The notes under the pieces: generated by a model | What the model was told of the DNA's origin: nothing | What the model saw: the letters and a program-made list of their open reading frames with translations, nothing else | The model's database searches: none | Position numbers and translations under genes: made by a program | Shown here: positions 63,906 through 64,000 of the stretch, piece after piece | Layout of the letters: the number at the start of each line of letters is the position of its first letter | Position numbering within the stretch: position 1 is the first letter of the stretch | IMG/VR virus record: IMGVR_UViG_3300009095_000010 | Location: 32,001 to 96,000 of that record | DNA from: a virus | Taxonomy: Duplodnaviria > Caudoviricetes | Length of the DNA stretch: 64,000 nt | Direction: 5' to 3' (one strand)

Positions 63906-64000
63906 TTAGAATCTACGGCGTCTATTGTATCGACCGTAAAGTGAATTCGTTTCTGTTCCGAATATGTCCTTGAAGTGGAACAATATTGCTAATCCAATTG
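63906..64000 (-). CDS. 3' end of a membrane protein (partial)
   Basis: ..[22 protein letters not shown] running in from the window edge. Confidence 0.45.
   Translation of the reverse strand, partial: IGLAILFHFKDIFGTETNSLYGRYNRRRRF

Noticed and set aside
1-64000. Alternative genetic code (TAG/TGA recoding) as in some large phages
   Set aside because: Conserved genes are full length under code 11. TAG ends dnaJ and the deaminase, and TGA ends topA and sbcD, at the expected C-termini.
1-64000. tRNA, rRNA, tmRNA or CRISPR array
   Set aside because: Intergenic gaps are short. I saw no cloverleaf with T-loop consensus and no regularly spaced direct repeats by eye. tRNAscan/Infernal were not run.

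Overview
64 kb fragment of a large (jumbo/huge) dsDNA bacteriophage genome. It uses standard code 11, is densely coding and lies almost entirely on the minus strand; the exceptions are a plus-strand island at 58.1-59.9 kb and an HNH pseudogene at 62.9-63.4 kb. (1) 0-11.9 kb: large uncharacterised, probably virion or head-associated proteins that share a recurrent [K/R]-x-A motif, with a short CCA-adding/poly(A)-polymerase-family gene embedded among them. (2) 12-36 kb: replication and recombination genes, including primase core, SSB, RecA/UvsX, UvsY-like, SbcCD, a Cas4/RecB-like nuclease, dNMP kinase, a stand-alone primase zinc finger, and a DnaE fractured by a naturally split intein around a free-standing Vsr-like endonuclease. 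(3) Spread across the window is an unusually complete translation and nascent-chain toolkit: trigger factor, peptide deformylase, IF-3 without an AUG start, bS21, DnaJ, Hsp20, thioredoxin, an AAA ATPase, and a protein carrying an isolated PheRS-alpha N-terminal tRNA-binding arm, coupled to bS21. (4) Other genes: nucleotide metabolism and modification enzymes (intein-containing N4/N6 MTase next to an REase-like gene, MT-A70, dUTPase, dCMP deaminase fused to Endo VII), TopA, a RecD/Dda-like helicase, and many AT-rich homing endonucleases, one of which appears to have replaced the 3' end of a lemA-like gene. Several accessory genes are broken by single-base deficits in homopolymers, which could be real decay or assembly error. 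No tRNA, rRNA or CRISPR array was recognised. All family calls come from motif recognition by eye, not database searches.
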